From: Clostridia bacterium
Lineage (GTDB): Bacteria; Bacillota; Clostridia; Oscillospirales; RGIG8002
Length of the DNA: 64,000 nt
Reading direction: 5' to 3'
Assembly: GCA_017620395.1 (NCBI GenBank)
Contig: JAFZQJ010000027.1
Location: forward strand, 82,331-146,330
Shown one piece after another: positions 51,964 through 62,500 of this stretch; positions within the stretch are counted from its first letter, which is position 1; each line of letters opens with the position of its first letter. A program made the position numbers and the translations under genes. The notes under the pieces are model-generated. The model searched no databases. It was given only the letters and a program-made list of their open reading frames with translations, and was not told the DNA's origin.

Positions 51964-53331
51964 ATGGACGGTAAGAAAATGGAAACTATAGCTGTAATCA
52001 CTTTAATCGTGGCATGCGTCTCGTGCGTTCTGTCCGCTTGCGCGTTTATCGCCGCGTTTTCCGGAAGAAAGAAGGGTGGCGATCAGGAGCTGAAGCGCGA
52101 TATTATCGACGAGCTTCGTACAACGCGCAGCGAGCTGTCCGTTCAGACTCAGACCGCGTCGAAAAACAGCTTCGAAACGATCGCCGAGCTTCAGCGCAGC
52201 GTTGCGCAGAAGCAGGACGTTCGCATTTCGGAATTATCCACGAATCTGATCGAAAGCCAGCGCGCTCTTCGTCAGTCCGTCGCAAATTCGATGAGCGAGA
52301 TGAACGAGCGGATACGCGCTTTTTCCGAGCAGAACGAGAAGAAGCTTGAGGGTATTCGCGCTTCCACCAACGAAAGCATAAGGCTCATGATCGAGGAAAA
52401 CGGCAAGAAGCTCGACGAGATGCGCAACACCGTCGATGAAAAGCTTCAGAAGACTCTTGAGGAGCGTCTTCAGCGTTCCTTCTCCGCGGTGAGCGAACAG
52501 CTTGAAAAGGTGTATCAGGGGCTCGGAGAGATGAAGACCGTAGCGGCCGACGTGGGCGATCTGAAGAAGGTGCTTTCCAACGTCAAGACCCGCGGAACGC
52601 TTGGAGAGTATCAGCTCGGGGCTATTCTCGAGCAGGTCCTTTCACCCGAGCAGTACGACGCTAACGTCGCGACGGTTAGCGGCAGTTCTGACAGAGTTGA
52701 ATACGCGATACGCCTCCCCGGCGACGGAGAGGAGTTCGTATATCTGCCTATAGACGCAAAGTTTCCGGCGGATATATACCAGCAGTTGCTCGACGCGCGC
52801 GAAAAAGGCGACGCCGATGCCGCCGAAGCTGCGGGAAAACAGCTTGAGAGCCGTATCAGGAGCGAAGCTAAATCGATCAACTCAAAGTATGTTTCTCCGC
52901 CCGCAACGACGGATTTCGGCATACTGTTTCTTCCTTTTGAAGGGCTATACGCGGAGGTCGTACAGCGCGGACTTGTCGAGGTGCTTCAGCGTGAAAGCAA
53001 GATCATGATTGCCGGTCCGACGACAATGGCGGCTCTGCTCAACAGCCTGCAGATGGGCTTCCGTACGCTGGCGATAAAGAAGCACACCTCGGAGGTTTGG
53101 AACGCGCTCGCGGAAGTCAAGACTGAATTCGGCAAATTCGGTTCAGTGCTGAAGAAGACTCAGGAGCGCCTTGATCAGGCGCGCGGCGAGCTTGAAAGCC
53201 TCGTCGGAACGCGTACGCGCAAGATACAGCTTCGCCTTGACGCCATGACTAAACTCGGCACGAGCGAAGACGCCGTTGACTTCGGACGCGCGGTCGCGCT
53301 TATTGAAGGCGACGATCCTGCGGGTGATTAA
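51964..53331 (+). CDS. rmuC: DNA recombination protein RmuC
   Basis: N-terminal TM segment, a long coiled coil, then a C-terminal RmuC nuclease-like domain (RGTLGEYQLGAILEQVL and YLPIDAKFP). Confidence 0.88.
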   Translation: MDGKKMETIAVITLIVACVSCVLSACAFIAAFSGRKKGGDQELKRDIIDELRTTRSELSVQTQTASKNSFETIAELQRSVAQKQDVRISELSTNLIESQRALRQSVANSMSEMNERIRAFSEQNEKKLEGIRASTNESIRLMIEENGKKLDEMRNTVDEKLQKTLEERLQRSFSAVSEQLEKVYQGLGEMKTVAADVGDLKKVLSNVKTRGTLGEYQLGAILEQVLSPEQYDANVATVSGSSDRVEYAIRLPGDGEEFVYLPIDAKFPADIYQQLLDAREKGDADAAEAAGKQLESRIRSEAKSINSKYVSPPATTDFGILFLPFEGLYAEVVQRGLVEVLQRESKIMIAGPTTMAALLNSLQMGFRTLAIKKHTSEVWNALAEVKTEFGKFGSVLKKTQERLDQARGELESLVGTRTRKIQLRLDAMTKLGTSEDAVDFGRAVALIEGDDPAGD

Positions 53332-53433
53332 TTTGTTTATAATATTTGGATTTTTCACTTTACAACACATACGGTTTTGTAGTAAAATATTTATTAGCGC
53401 AAATTGTATTTCGGAATGAAGAAGGGGTGTCTG

Positions 53434-54144
53434 ATGAAAGATATGTATAAAAGAGTGCTCCTGAAGATCAGCGGTGAGGCGCTGGCGGGGGACCTCGGTC
53501 ACGGACTTGACTACGAGACTTTGAAACACATTTCCGCGAGCATTAAAAAAGTGTATGAGCTCGGCGTTGAGGTCGCCATCGTAGTCGGCGGAGGTAATTT
53601 CTGGCGCGGCAGGCAGCACGAAGGAATGGACAGGACAACGGCCGACCATATCGGCATGCTGGCAACGACGATGAACGCGCTCGCTCTCGCGGACGCGATC
53701 CAGGAGCAGGGAGTACCCACGCGCGTAATGACCGCGATCGAAATGAAATCCATAGCCGAGCCGTATATCAGAGGAAGAGCTATAAGACACTTCGATAAAA
53801 ACCGCGTTATCGTATTCGGCGCCGGTACGGGCAATCCGTTCTTCTCGACCGATACCGCGGCGGCGCTCCGCGCGGCGGAGATTGAAGCCGACGTCATCAT
53901 GAAGGCCACGAACGTCGACGGAGTATTCAACAAGGATCCGCATAAGTTCTCCGACGCCGTCAAGATCGACGAGCTTACTTATCTCGACGTTATCAATCAG
54001 CAGCTCGGAGTTATGGACTACGCGGCGATTTCGCTTTGCATGGAGAATAAGATACCCATTATCGTATTCAACCTTAACGATCCCGACAACATCTTCAGAG
54101 CCGTCAAGGGCGAGAAGATAGGAACAACAGTAAAGGAGTTTTAG
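53434..54144 (+). CDS. pyrH: UMP kinase
   Basis: [13 protein letters not shown] and [10 protein letters not shown] motifs. The start at ATG 53434 (MKDMYKR) is preferred over 53404. Confidence 0.95.
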   Translation: MKDMYKRVLLKISGEALAGDLGHGLDYETLKHISASIKKVYELGVEVAIVVGGGNFWRGRQHEGMDRTTADHIGMLATTMNALALADAIQEQGVPTRVMTAIEMKSIAEPYIRGRAIRHFDKNRVIVFGAGTGNPFFSTDTAAALRAAEIEADVIMKATNVDGVFNKDPHKFSDAVKIDELTYLDVINQQLGVMDYAAISLCMENKIPIIVFNLNDPDNIFRAVKGEKIGTTVKEF

Positions 54145-54146
54145 TT

Positions 54147-54701
54147 ATGAAAGGCACTTATCCCGAAATCGAATCAAAGATGCAAAAAACGCTTTCTGCG
54201 CTCGAAACAGAGTTCGGCACTATCCGGGCGGGCAGGGCGAACCCCGCCGTTCTGGATAAGATAAGGGTGGATTATTACGGAACCCCCACTCCGATCAACC
54301 AGATGGCCGCGGTTTCCGTTCCGGAACCCCGCATCCTTATGATCGCCCCGTGGGACGTTTCCCAGATCAAAGCGATCGAGAAGGCGATACTGACTTCGGA
54401 GTTGGGCATCAACCCACAGAACGACGGGAAGAGCATCCGGCTTGTTATCCCGCCGCTGACCGAGGAGCGCCGCAGGGAAATCGTCAAGACTCTCCACAAA
54501 TACGCTGAAGAAGCTAAGGTATCCGTCAGGAACATCCGCCGCGATGCGATCGAGGATTTCAAAAAGCAGCAGAAATCCAGCGAGATGACCGAGGACGATT
54601 ATAAGATCTGTGAAAAGGACATTCAGGAGCTTACCGATACCTATTCCGATAAGATTACTAAGGTCCTCGAGGTCAAGGAAAAAGAGATATTAGAGGTCTG
54701 A
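54147..54701 (+). CDS. frr: Ribosome recycling factor
   Basis: 184 aa with the RAGRANPAVLDKIRVDYYG motif. Confidence 0.95.
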   Translation: MKGTYPEIESKMQKTLSALETEFGTIRAGRANPAVLDKIRVDYYGTPTPINQMAAVSVPEPRILMIAPWDVSQIKAIEKAILTSELGINPQNDGKSIRLVIPPLTEERRREIVKTLHKYAEEAKVSVRNIRRDAIEDFKKQQKSSEMTEDDYKICEKDIQELTDTYSDKITKVLEVKEKEILEV

Positions 54702-54702
54702 T

Positions 54703-55428
54703 TTGAGGAAAAAGCATAAGCTTCCGGCGGTCGTACCCGAGTCCATAGGCATTATAATGGACGGAAACGGCCGCTGGGCAAAGAAACGCGGTTTGCCGAG
54801 AAGCCTCGGTCACAGTAAGGGTGCCGGGGTTTTTCGCGATATCGTTATATATTGCAACGAGCTCGGTGTCAAATACGTAACTGTCTACGCATTCTCAACG
54901 GAGAACTGGAAACGCTCGCGGGATGAGATTGATTCTATCGTAAATATTCTCCGCGATTATTTGAAGAAGGGCTTTATCGAACTGAAAAAAAACAATATCG
55001 TGATAAAGTTTATAGGCGATATTTCTCCGTTCCCTCAGGACGTGAAAGATGAAATTAAGCAACTTGAGGCGGACAGCGCCGCAAACAACGGTATCACGCT
55101 CAACATTGCCCTTAACTACGGCGGCCGAGCTGAGCTTGTTCATGCGTTCCGGAGTATGCTCGCCGACGTTGAAGCGGGTAAGCTGTCGGCTGAGGAAATA
55201 ACGGAAGATACCGTTGAAAGCTATCTGTATACTGCGGGGCAGCCTTCTCCGGATTTGATTATTCGTCCGAGCGGAGAGTTGAGACTTTCAAACTTTATGC
55301 TTTGGCAGGCCGCGTATTCCGAGTTCTGGTTCGATAACGTGCTTTGGCCGGATTTCGACAGAAAAGACCTTCTTCGTGCTTTTGCAGACTTTGCGGAAAG
55401 AGACCGCAGATACGGGGGCAGAAAATGA
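54703..55428 (+). CDS. uppS: Isoprenyl transferase (undecaprenyl-diphosphate synthase)
   Basis: IIMDGNGRWA, FSTENWKR and RLSNFMLWQAAYSE motifs. The start is TTG. Confidence 0.95.
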   Translation: MRKKHKLPAVVPESIGIIMDGNGRWAKKRGLPRSLGHSKGAGVFRDIVIYCNELGVKYVTVYAFSTENWKRSRDEIDSIVNILRDYLKKGFIELKKNNIVIKFIGDISPFPQDVKDEIKQLEADSAANNGITLNIALNYGGRAELVHAFRSMLADVEAGKLSAEEITEDTVESYLYTAGQPSPDLIIRPSGELRLSNFMLWQAAYSEFWFDNVLWPDFDRKDLLRAFADFAERDRRYGGRK

Positions 55429-56285
55429 AGCAGAGGATTTTTACCGCTTCGATACTCATACTACTCGCCGCACCGATACTTATCTGGTCGGACACGATCG
55501 TGTTGAATATCGCCGTAGCGCTCATTTCCGCGATAGGAATATATGAGCTGCTTTCGGCTACGAAGTATGTTCAGGATCATACTCTTACGGTTCTGAGCAT
55601 CATATACTCGGCCGCTATACCGTTTTTATATCTCTTCCCGGGGGATATGCGGATAGGCGTATTCATCGGCGTGGCATTTGTGTTCGTCGTAGCGTTGTTT
55701 ATGCTTCTTGTTTTCAAAAATAAGAAATACCGTCTTGAACATATTTCGGTTGCGTTTTTGATGGCAACCATTATTCCCGTGTTCCTTTCGTCGCTGATCG
55801 TTCTGCGCAGAATGCCCGAAACCATGGTCGTTGATGCGCGTATGAGCTTTGTGTTCATGCTGCTGCCGATAGTATGCGTGATATTGACCGATACGTTTGC
55901 GCTTTTTACGGGGATGCTGATAGGGAAGCACAAGCTTGCTCCGTCAGTCAGCCCCAAGAAGACTGTTGAAGGAGCGATAGGCGGAGCCGTGTTCGGCGTG
56001 TTGACTTTCGTCGTTGCCGGAATCATATCCGAAAAGGTGACGGGAGTCGACGTCTCGCTGCCGTTGTTTGCCGCCGCCGGGCTGATAACGAGCGTGATAG
56101 GGCAGTTCGGAGACCTTTTCATGTCGGTCATCAAAAGACACTGCGATTTGAAGGACTTCGGCAATCTGATGCCGGGGCACGGAGGCATCCTCGACCGGTT
56201 TGACAGCTTGATATTTGCCGCGCCGACGTTCCTGCTTTTTGTTTACGGGCTGGATTATCTCGGCGTACATATGATAATTCATTAA
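55425..56285 (+). CDS. cdsA: Phosphatidate cytidylyltransferase
   Basis: SPKKTVEGAIGG and GHGGILDRFDS motifs. ATG 55425 overlaps the uppS stop codon (ATGA). Confidence 0.93.
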   Translation: MKQRIFTASILILLAAPILIWSDTIVLNIAVALISAIGIYELLSATKYVQDHTLTVLSIIYSAAIPFLYLFPGDMRIGVFIGVAFVFVVALFMLLVFKNKKYRLEHISVAFLMATIIPVFLSSLIVLRRMPETMVVDARMSFVFMLLPIVCVILTDTFALFTGMLIGKHKLAPSVSPKKTVEGAIGGAVFGVLTFVVAGIISEKVTGVDVSLPLFAAAGLITSVIGQFGDLFMSVIKRHCDLKDFGNLMPGHGGILDRFDSLIFAAPTFLLFVYGLDYLGVHMIIH

Positions 56286-56299
56286 TCGGAGCATAGAAT

Positions 56300-57457
56300 A
56301 TGAATGACAATTCGGTAGCCGTTCTCGGCTCGACAGGTTCAATAGGAATACAGACGCTTGACGTGATACGCTCGCTGGGCATGCGTATCACGCTTTTGTC
56401 GGCCAAAAGCAGCGTCGAAGCCCTGGAAAAGCAGATCAGGGAGTTTCTGCCCGCCGCCGCCGTCATGACTGATCCCGCCGCCGCGGAGGAACTGAAGATC
56501 CGCGTCGCCGACACCGGCACGAAGGTGTATTCCGGAGAAGATGCGCTTTGTTCATGCGTTCGTGAATGCGACTCGCAGACCGTGGTCAACGCCGTCGTCG
56601 GCTTTGCCGGTCTTAAACCGACCGTCGCGGCGATCGAAGCGGGAAAGCGGCTTGCTCTCGCGAACAAAGAGAGCCTCGTCGCCGGCGGCGAATACGTGAT
56701 ACCGCTTGCGAAAAAACGCGGGGTGGAGATTTTCCCGATAGACAGTGAACACAGCGCGATTTTCCAGTGTATGCTCGCTTCGTCCGATCATGATGCCGAG
56801 GTCGATAAAATAATTCTCACCGGCTCGGGAGGGCCTTTCAGGGGTATGAAGGAGTTTGAGCTTCGTTCCGTAACTCCGGAGCAGGCCGTCAGGCATCCGA
56901 ACTGGAATATGGGGCAAAAGATCTCCGTTGATTCCGCGACGCTGATGAATAAAGGGCTTGAGGTGATCGAAGCCGTCCGGCTTTTCGGCGTTCCTACTGA
57001 AAAGATAGAAGTCGTTATCCATAAAGAGAGCATCATTCATTCGATGGTGCGCTTCAGAGACGGAGCCGTGATAGCGCAGATGTCCTATCCGGATATGCGC
57101 CTTCCGATAAGTTACGCGCTTACGTATCCGAGCAGAGAATTCGCGGATTATAAACCGGTCGATTTTGCGACTCTCGGCAGTCTCAGTTTTGAAGAGCCCG
57201 ACACCGCGACCTTTAAGTGCCTTGACTATGCCTACACCGCGCTTGAAATGGGCGGCAACGCGACCGCCGTGCTGAACGGCGCGAATGAAACCGCCGTCGA
57301 GCGCTTTCTGAAGCATGAAATCGGTTTCTGCGATATTCCGCGCTGCGTGGAGACCGCGTTGCTCGGCGCCGCTCCGACAGATAACGATCTCGATGGTATC
57401 ATAGACGCCGATATGCAGGGCAGAAGGATCGCGTCGGTTGTAAAAAGAACCTGGTGA
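56300..57457 (+). CDS. dxr: 1-deoxy-D-xylulose-5-phosphate reductoisomerase
   Basis: LGSTGSIG, LANKESLV and NWNMGQKISVDSATLMNKGLE motifs. Confidence 0.95.
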   Translation: MNDNSVAVLGSTGSIGIQTLDVIRSLGMRITLLSAKSSVEALEKQIREFLPAAAVMTDPAAAEELKIRVADTGTKVYSGEDALCSCVRECDSQTVVNAVVGFAGLKPTVAAIEAGKRLALANKESLVAGGEYVIPLAKKRGVEIFPIDSEHSAIFQCMLASSDHDAEVDKIILTGSGGPFRGMKEFELRSVTPEQAVRHPNWNMGQKISVDSATLMNKGLEVIEAVRLFGVPTEKIEVVIHKESIIHSMVRFRDGAVIAQMSYPDMRLPISYALTYPSREFADYKPVDFATLGSLSFEEPDTATFKCLDYAYTALEMGGNATAVLNGANETAVERFLKHEIGFCDIPRCVETALLGAAPTDNDLDGIIDADMQGRRIASVVKRTW

Positions 57458-57461
57458 TACT

Positions 57462-58511
57462 ATGAATACTTTTTTAGGCATTGTAATTTCCATAATAGCT
57501 TTTGCCGTGATGATTTTCATCCATGAATTTGGTCACTTCATTACCGCGAAGCTGTTCAAAGTAAAGGTGAATAAGTTTGCGCTCGGTATGGGACCGGCGC
57601 TCTTCAAGTTCGGCAAGGGCGAGACCGAGTATTCGCTCCGGTTATTCCCGATCGGCGGTTACTGCGCCATGGAGGGCGAGGACGGCGAGAGCGAAGAGCC
57701 CCGCGCGTTCGTCAATCAGCGTCCGTGGAAGCGCCTTATCATTCTCGCCGCGGGCGCAACGATGAATATACTGCTCGGCTTGCTGATAATGTCAATTCTC
57801 GTCTGTCAGATGCCGCTTTTGGGCACGCGCATCATCGCCAACGTTCCGCAGACGAACGAGGGCGTTCAGAACGCGATTCAGATAGGCGACGAGATAGTTA
57901 AAGTCAATGACAGAAGAGTTTATATTCCCCGCGACCTCGATTACGTTCTCGCGCTTGACGACGACGGAAAAGCCGACTTCGTCATTGTCAGAGACGGCGA
58001 GAAGCTGGAGCTGAAGGACGTTCAGCTTTACGTTTATACCGACGAGGACTCCGGTTCGAAGGGAACGTATTTGGAGTACGGGCCTGAAGCGTATCAGTTC
58101 CTCGGTAAAGAGAAGACGTTTTTCGGCGTTATCGGTTACAGCATATCGGAAACCGTTTCAACGGTAAGGCTTGTTTTATACTCTTTCGCAAGCCTGATAA
58201 CGGGCAAAATACCGATTCGTTCGCTTGGCGGCCCCGTCGCGGTCACCGAGACGGTCGTGAAGACGGTTTCGAGCGGTTGGAAAACGGTGCTTAACCTGAT
58301 AGGAATGATAAGCATAAACCTCGGTGTGTTCAACCTGCTTCCGCTTCCGGCGCTTGACGGAGGCAGAATACTCTTTACGCTGATCGAGATGATCTTCCGC
58401 AAGCCGGTCAGCCGCAAGGTGGAGGGTATTATCCACACGGTCGGATTCGTTCTGCTCATTGGTCTTATGATACTTGTGTTTGCGAAGGATATCTTCTCGC
58501 TGTTCGTTTGA
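57462..58511 (+). CDS. rseP: RIP metalloprotease RseP (M50, PDZ-containing)
   Basis: HEFGHF zinc motif and the C-terminal NLLPLPALDGG. Confidence 0.93.
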   Translation: MNTFLGIVISIIAFAVMIFIHEFGHFITAKLFKVKVNKFALGMGPALFKFGKGETEYSLRLFPIGGYCAMEGEDGESEEPRAFVNQRPWKRLIILAAGATMNILLGLLIMSILVCQMPLLGTRIIANVPQTNEGVQNAIQIGDEIVKVNDRRVYIPRDLDYVLALDDDGKADFVIVRDGEKLELKDVQLYVYTDEDSGSKGTYLEYGPEAYQFLGKEKTFFGVIGYSISETVSTVRLVLYSFASLITGKIPIRSLGGPVAVTETVVKTVSSGWKTVLNLIGMISINLGVFNLLPLPALDGGRILFTLIEMIFRKPVSRKVEGIIHTVGFVLLIGLMILVFAKDIFSLFV

Positions 58512-58519
58512 GGTGTGAA

Positions 58520-59569
58520 ATGACGCGCAGGGTTAAAGTCGGAAATACATTCATCGGCGGCGGTGCGCCGGTTTCAGTGCAGACGATGCTGGACGTTCCG
58601 TCATACGACGTTGAGGGCAACGTCGGGCAGGCGCTTGCGGTTCAGGCCGCAGGCGCTGACATTCTGCGCGTTGCCGTGCCGGATAAGGACGCGCTCAAAA
58701 CGCTTGAGGCCGTCAAGAAGGCCGTTTCGATTCCGGTCGTGGCGGATATACACTTTGATTATAAGCTTGCGATCGAGTCCGTTGACCGCGGCGCCGACAA
58801 GATAAGGATCAACCCCGGAAATATCGGCGGAGCGGAAAAAGTCCGCGCCGTCATCGCCAAATGCGCCGCAAACGGCGTTGCGGTAAGAGTCGGTGTAAAC
58901 TCCGGTTCGCTTGAAAAGGAACTGCTTTCAAAGTACGGAGCTCCGACGCCGGAGGCTTTGTGCGAAAGCGCGTTGAACGCGGTGAGTCTTCTTGAGGAGC
59001 TGGACTTTTTCAACACGGTTGTTTCAATTAAGACGTCGTCGGTAGCCGACACGGTCAAGGCGTATCGGCTCTTCTCATCTCAGTCTGATTATCCGCTTCA
59101 TATCGGCGTCACCGAAGCGGGAACGGAGAGGACCGGCGTGATACGCAGTTCCGCCGCGCTCGGATCGCTTTTGCTTGACGGGATAGGGGATACGCTTCGC
59201 GTTTCTCTTACCGCTTCGCCCGTTAAGGAGATTCAGGCGGGAATTGAGATACTCAAGGCGTGCGGAATTCGCAGCGGAGCGCAGGTCATATCCTGTCCGA
59301 CATGCGGCAGAACGCGAATCGACGTAAAATCTCTTGCCGAACAGACAGAGAGTATGCTTGCCGGCTGCAAAAAGCCCGTAAAAGTAGCCGTAATGGGCTG
59401 CGTGGTCAACGGCCCCGGGGAAGCCCGCGAGGCGGATTTCGGGATAACCGGAGGCGACGGAGTCGGGCTGGTTTTCAAAAGAGGCGAAATCGTTGAAAAG
59501 GTCAGGGAATCCGAGCTGCTTGACGCGCTTTTAAAATACATAAAGGAATACGAAACAAAAGATGAGTGA
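58520..59569 (+). CDS. ispG: 4-hydroxy-3-methylbut-2-en-1-yl diphosphate synthase (flavodoxin)
   Basis: VGNTFIGGGAPVSVQTM, RINPGNIG, and the cluster cysteines ISCPTCGR...GCVVNGPGE. Confidence 0.95.
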   Translation: MTRRVKVGNTFIGGGAPVSVQTMLDVPSYDVEGNVGQALAVQAAGADILRVAVPDKDALKTLEAVKKAVSIPVVADIHFDYKLAIESVDRGADKIRINPGNIGGAEKVRAVIAKCAANGVAVRVGVNSGSLEKELLSKYGAPTPEALCESALNAVSLLEELDFFNTVVSIKTSSVADTVKAYRLFSSQSDYPLHIGVTEAGTERTGVIRSSAALGSLLLDGIGDTLRVSLTASPVKEIQAGIEILKACGIRSGAQVISCPTCGRTRIDVKSLAEQTESMLAGCKKPVKVAVMGCVVNGPGEAREADFGITGGDGVGLVFKRGEIVEKVRESELLDALLKYIKEYETKDE

Positions 59570-62500
59570 TACTGGATACAAGTTCTCAGACGTGTTTAAT
59601 AAGATTGCCGCATCCGACGAGATCGGCTCTCTTACAATAAAGAACGCTTCTCTCCGAAAGGAAAGCAACGTTCTTTCTCTTACTGTGCTCGAAGCCGTCA
59701 CAGACGGCATGAAAGCGCAAATATCCGCAATGCTCATTTCGGAGTACGGATTCAGCGGCGTGACGATCGATTGCCCCGAGGCGCAGACCGCCGATGTTTC
59801 GGCCGCTGATAATAGTCCGGAATCGGAGCACGTGAACGCGGCTCCCGAAAGCAGCAGCGGTTCCGGGAACGCTTTTGAGTACGCTGAAGCCCCTGCGGAT
59901 GAAACCGTGAGCGATACCGACAAATACACGTTTGCGGAGATACTCAACAGAGTGATTTCAAAAAGCCCTCCGACGGCATCGCTGCTTGCCGGATGCAAAT
60001 ATACCATTGAAGGCGACACCGTTACCGTAACTCTTACGAAAGGCGGAATGTCTTATCTCGACAAAAGGGGAGTAACCGCTTATCTTGAAAAGCAGATGCG
60101 CGACGCCGTCAAAAAACCGTTCAAGATCGCATACGACGGCATTACGGAAGTGGACAGCGTCATCAGCGACGAGGAACTTCTTGCATTGTCAACCGCCGGA
60201 AGCGGAAATGTCACCAAAGAGTCAGAGCGCGTTCTGCTCGGAAATAAGATAACAAAACCGACGATTCCCATGTCTTCGATAAACGAGGATACCGGAAGAG
60301 TATGCGTTGAAGGCGACGTATTCAAACTCGACACGCGTGAAACACGCGACGGCACAAAGCTTCGCGCGACTGTTTACATCACAGATTACACGGCGTCTGT
60401 CGCGTTAAAGCTCGAAGACTATACCGATAAACTCGGCCGCGTTGTTGACAAGCTCTCCGAGGGAGTCCGTATACGCGTTCGCGGAATAATGCGTTACGAC
60501 AGGTTCTTCGGAGATATGTGTCTTTTCGCCGATGATATTATGACTGTTCCTAAGCAGACCGTTCCGGATACTTCAGAACAGAAGCGCGTTGAACTGCACC
60601 TTCACACCAATATGTCGTCTATGGACGGCATCAACGATATCGAGGATTACGTAAAACGCGCGTCGGAGTGGGGACATAAAGCGATCGCCGTCACGGATCA
60701 CGGCGTCGTCCAGGCCTATCCCGCCGCTGCCGCCGCGGCAAAGAAATACGGAGTTAAAATGCTTTACGGCGTTGAGGATTACTTTGTCAACGATATCGTT
60801 AAAGCTTTCGTAGGCGATTCCGTAGTTTCTCTTGACGGAGAGTTTACCGTATTCGATATAGAAACGACCGGCACGACGCTCTCAACCGAGAGGATAACCG
60901 AAATCGCCGCCGTCAAATTCCGCTGCGGAGAAGTGGCGGAGGAATTCCAGACCTTCTGCAATCCCGAAAAGCACATCAGCGAAAAGATCCAAACGATAAC
61001 CGGCATTACCGACGATATGGTCGCCGATGCTCCGAATGAAAACGAAGCTGTGCGCAGTTTCCTTGATTTCTGCGGCGACAGCGTTCTTGTCGCGCACAAC
61101 GCGGCTTTTGATACGAGCTTTATAGCCGCCGCGTGCGAAAGAAACGGGATTCCGTACGACTATTCGCATATTGACACGATTCCGCTTTGCCGCAAATACT
61201 ATCCGCAGCTGAGAAAAATGACGCTTGACACCGTAGCGCGTTTTCTCGGATACGGCGATTTCCGTCACCACCGCGCTCTTGATGACACAAAAGTACTCGC
61301 CGCCATTTTCCGCGATCTTGTTGAGAGGCTTAAGGCGGACGGAGTAACCGACACCTCCGGTCTGAACGGCGCTCTTGAAGGAATGAACACCAACTCAATG
61401 CACCGTTTCCATCAGGTCCTGCTCGTGAAAAACAAAACGGGACTGAAGAACCTCTACAAGCTCGTTTCAAAAGCGCATATCGATAACTTCTATTATCAGC
61501 CTCGCGTTAAGAAGAGCGATCTTAACGCCCTGCGCGAAGGTCTCATCGTCGGTAGCGCGTGCGTTGAAGGCGAGCTGTATCGTGCGTTCCTTGAGGCGAG
61601 AAGCGAAGAGGAAATCAGGAAAATAGCCGACTACTACGATTATTTCGAGATACAGCCGGTCGCAAACAACGAGTTTCTCATTAATGACGACGATATAACG
61701 TCCGTCAACAGCAAGGACGATATCAGAGCTATCAATAAAAGAATAGTTGAGCTCGGAGAAAAGCTCGGTAAGCCCGTCGTCGCGACAGGAGACGTGCATT
61801 TTCTCAACCCTCGCGACAGCATATTCCGCGAGGTGCTTATGGATGCGGCCGGATTCCAGCCGGGCGAGACGGAAAGCGAGCTGTATTTCCGCTCGACAGA
61901 CAATATGCTCCGAGAGTTTTCCTACCTCGGCGAAGAAAAAGCGTTCGAGGTCGTCGTTACAAACACCAACAAAATCGCCGATATGATCGAAGAGATCCTT
62001 CCGGTTCCGGAAGGAACGTTCACGCCTTCGATAGAAGGCGCAGAGGAAAGCTTCCGCAACAACACCTACGCAAGAGCGCACGAGATTTACGGGGATCCGC
62101 TGCCCGCGATTGTTGAAGACCGCCTCGCGAAAGAGGTCAATTCCGTTATCAACAACGGATTCTCGGTAATGTATGAATCCGCGAGGCGCATCGTCAATTT
62201 TTCAAACGAAAACGGATATATCGTCGGCTCGCGTGGTTCCGTCGGCTCGTCTTTCGCGGCGACGATGGCGGGCATTACCGAAATAAACCCGCTTCCTCCT
62301 CACTACGTGTGCAAAAAGTGTAAGCATTCCGAATTCATCACCGACGGAAGCGTAAAGTCCGGTTTTGAGCTTGATGAAAAGCCATGTCCCGAATGCGGTA
62401 CGATTATGGTCGGAGACGGTCACGACATCCCGTTTGAGACATTCCTCGGCTTCCACGGAGAAAAAGCGCCGGATATAGACCTTAATATCTCCGGCGAATT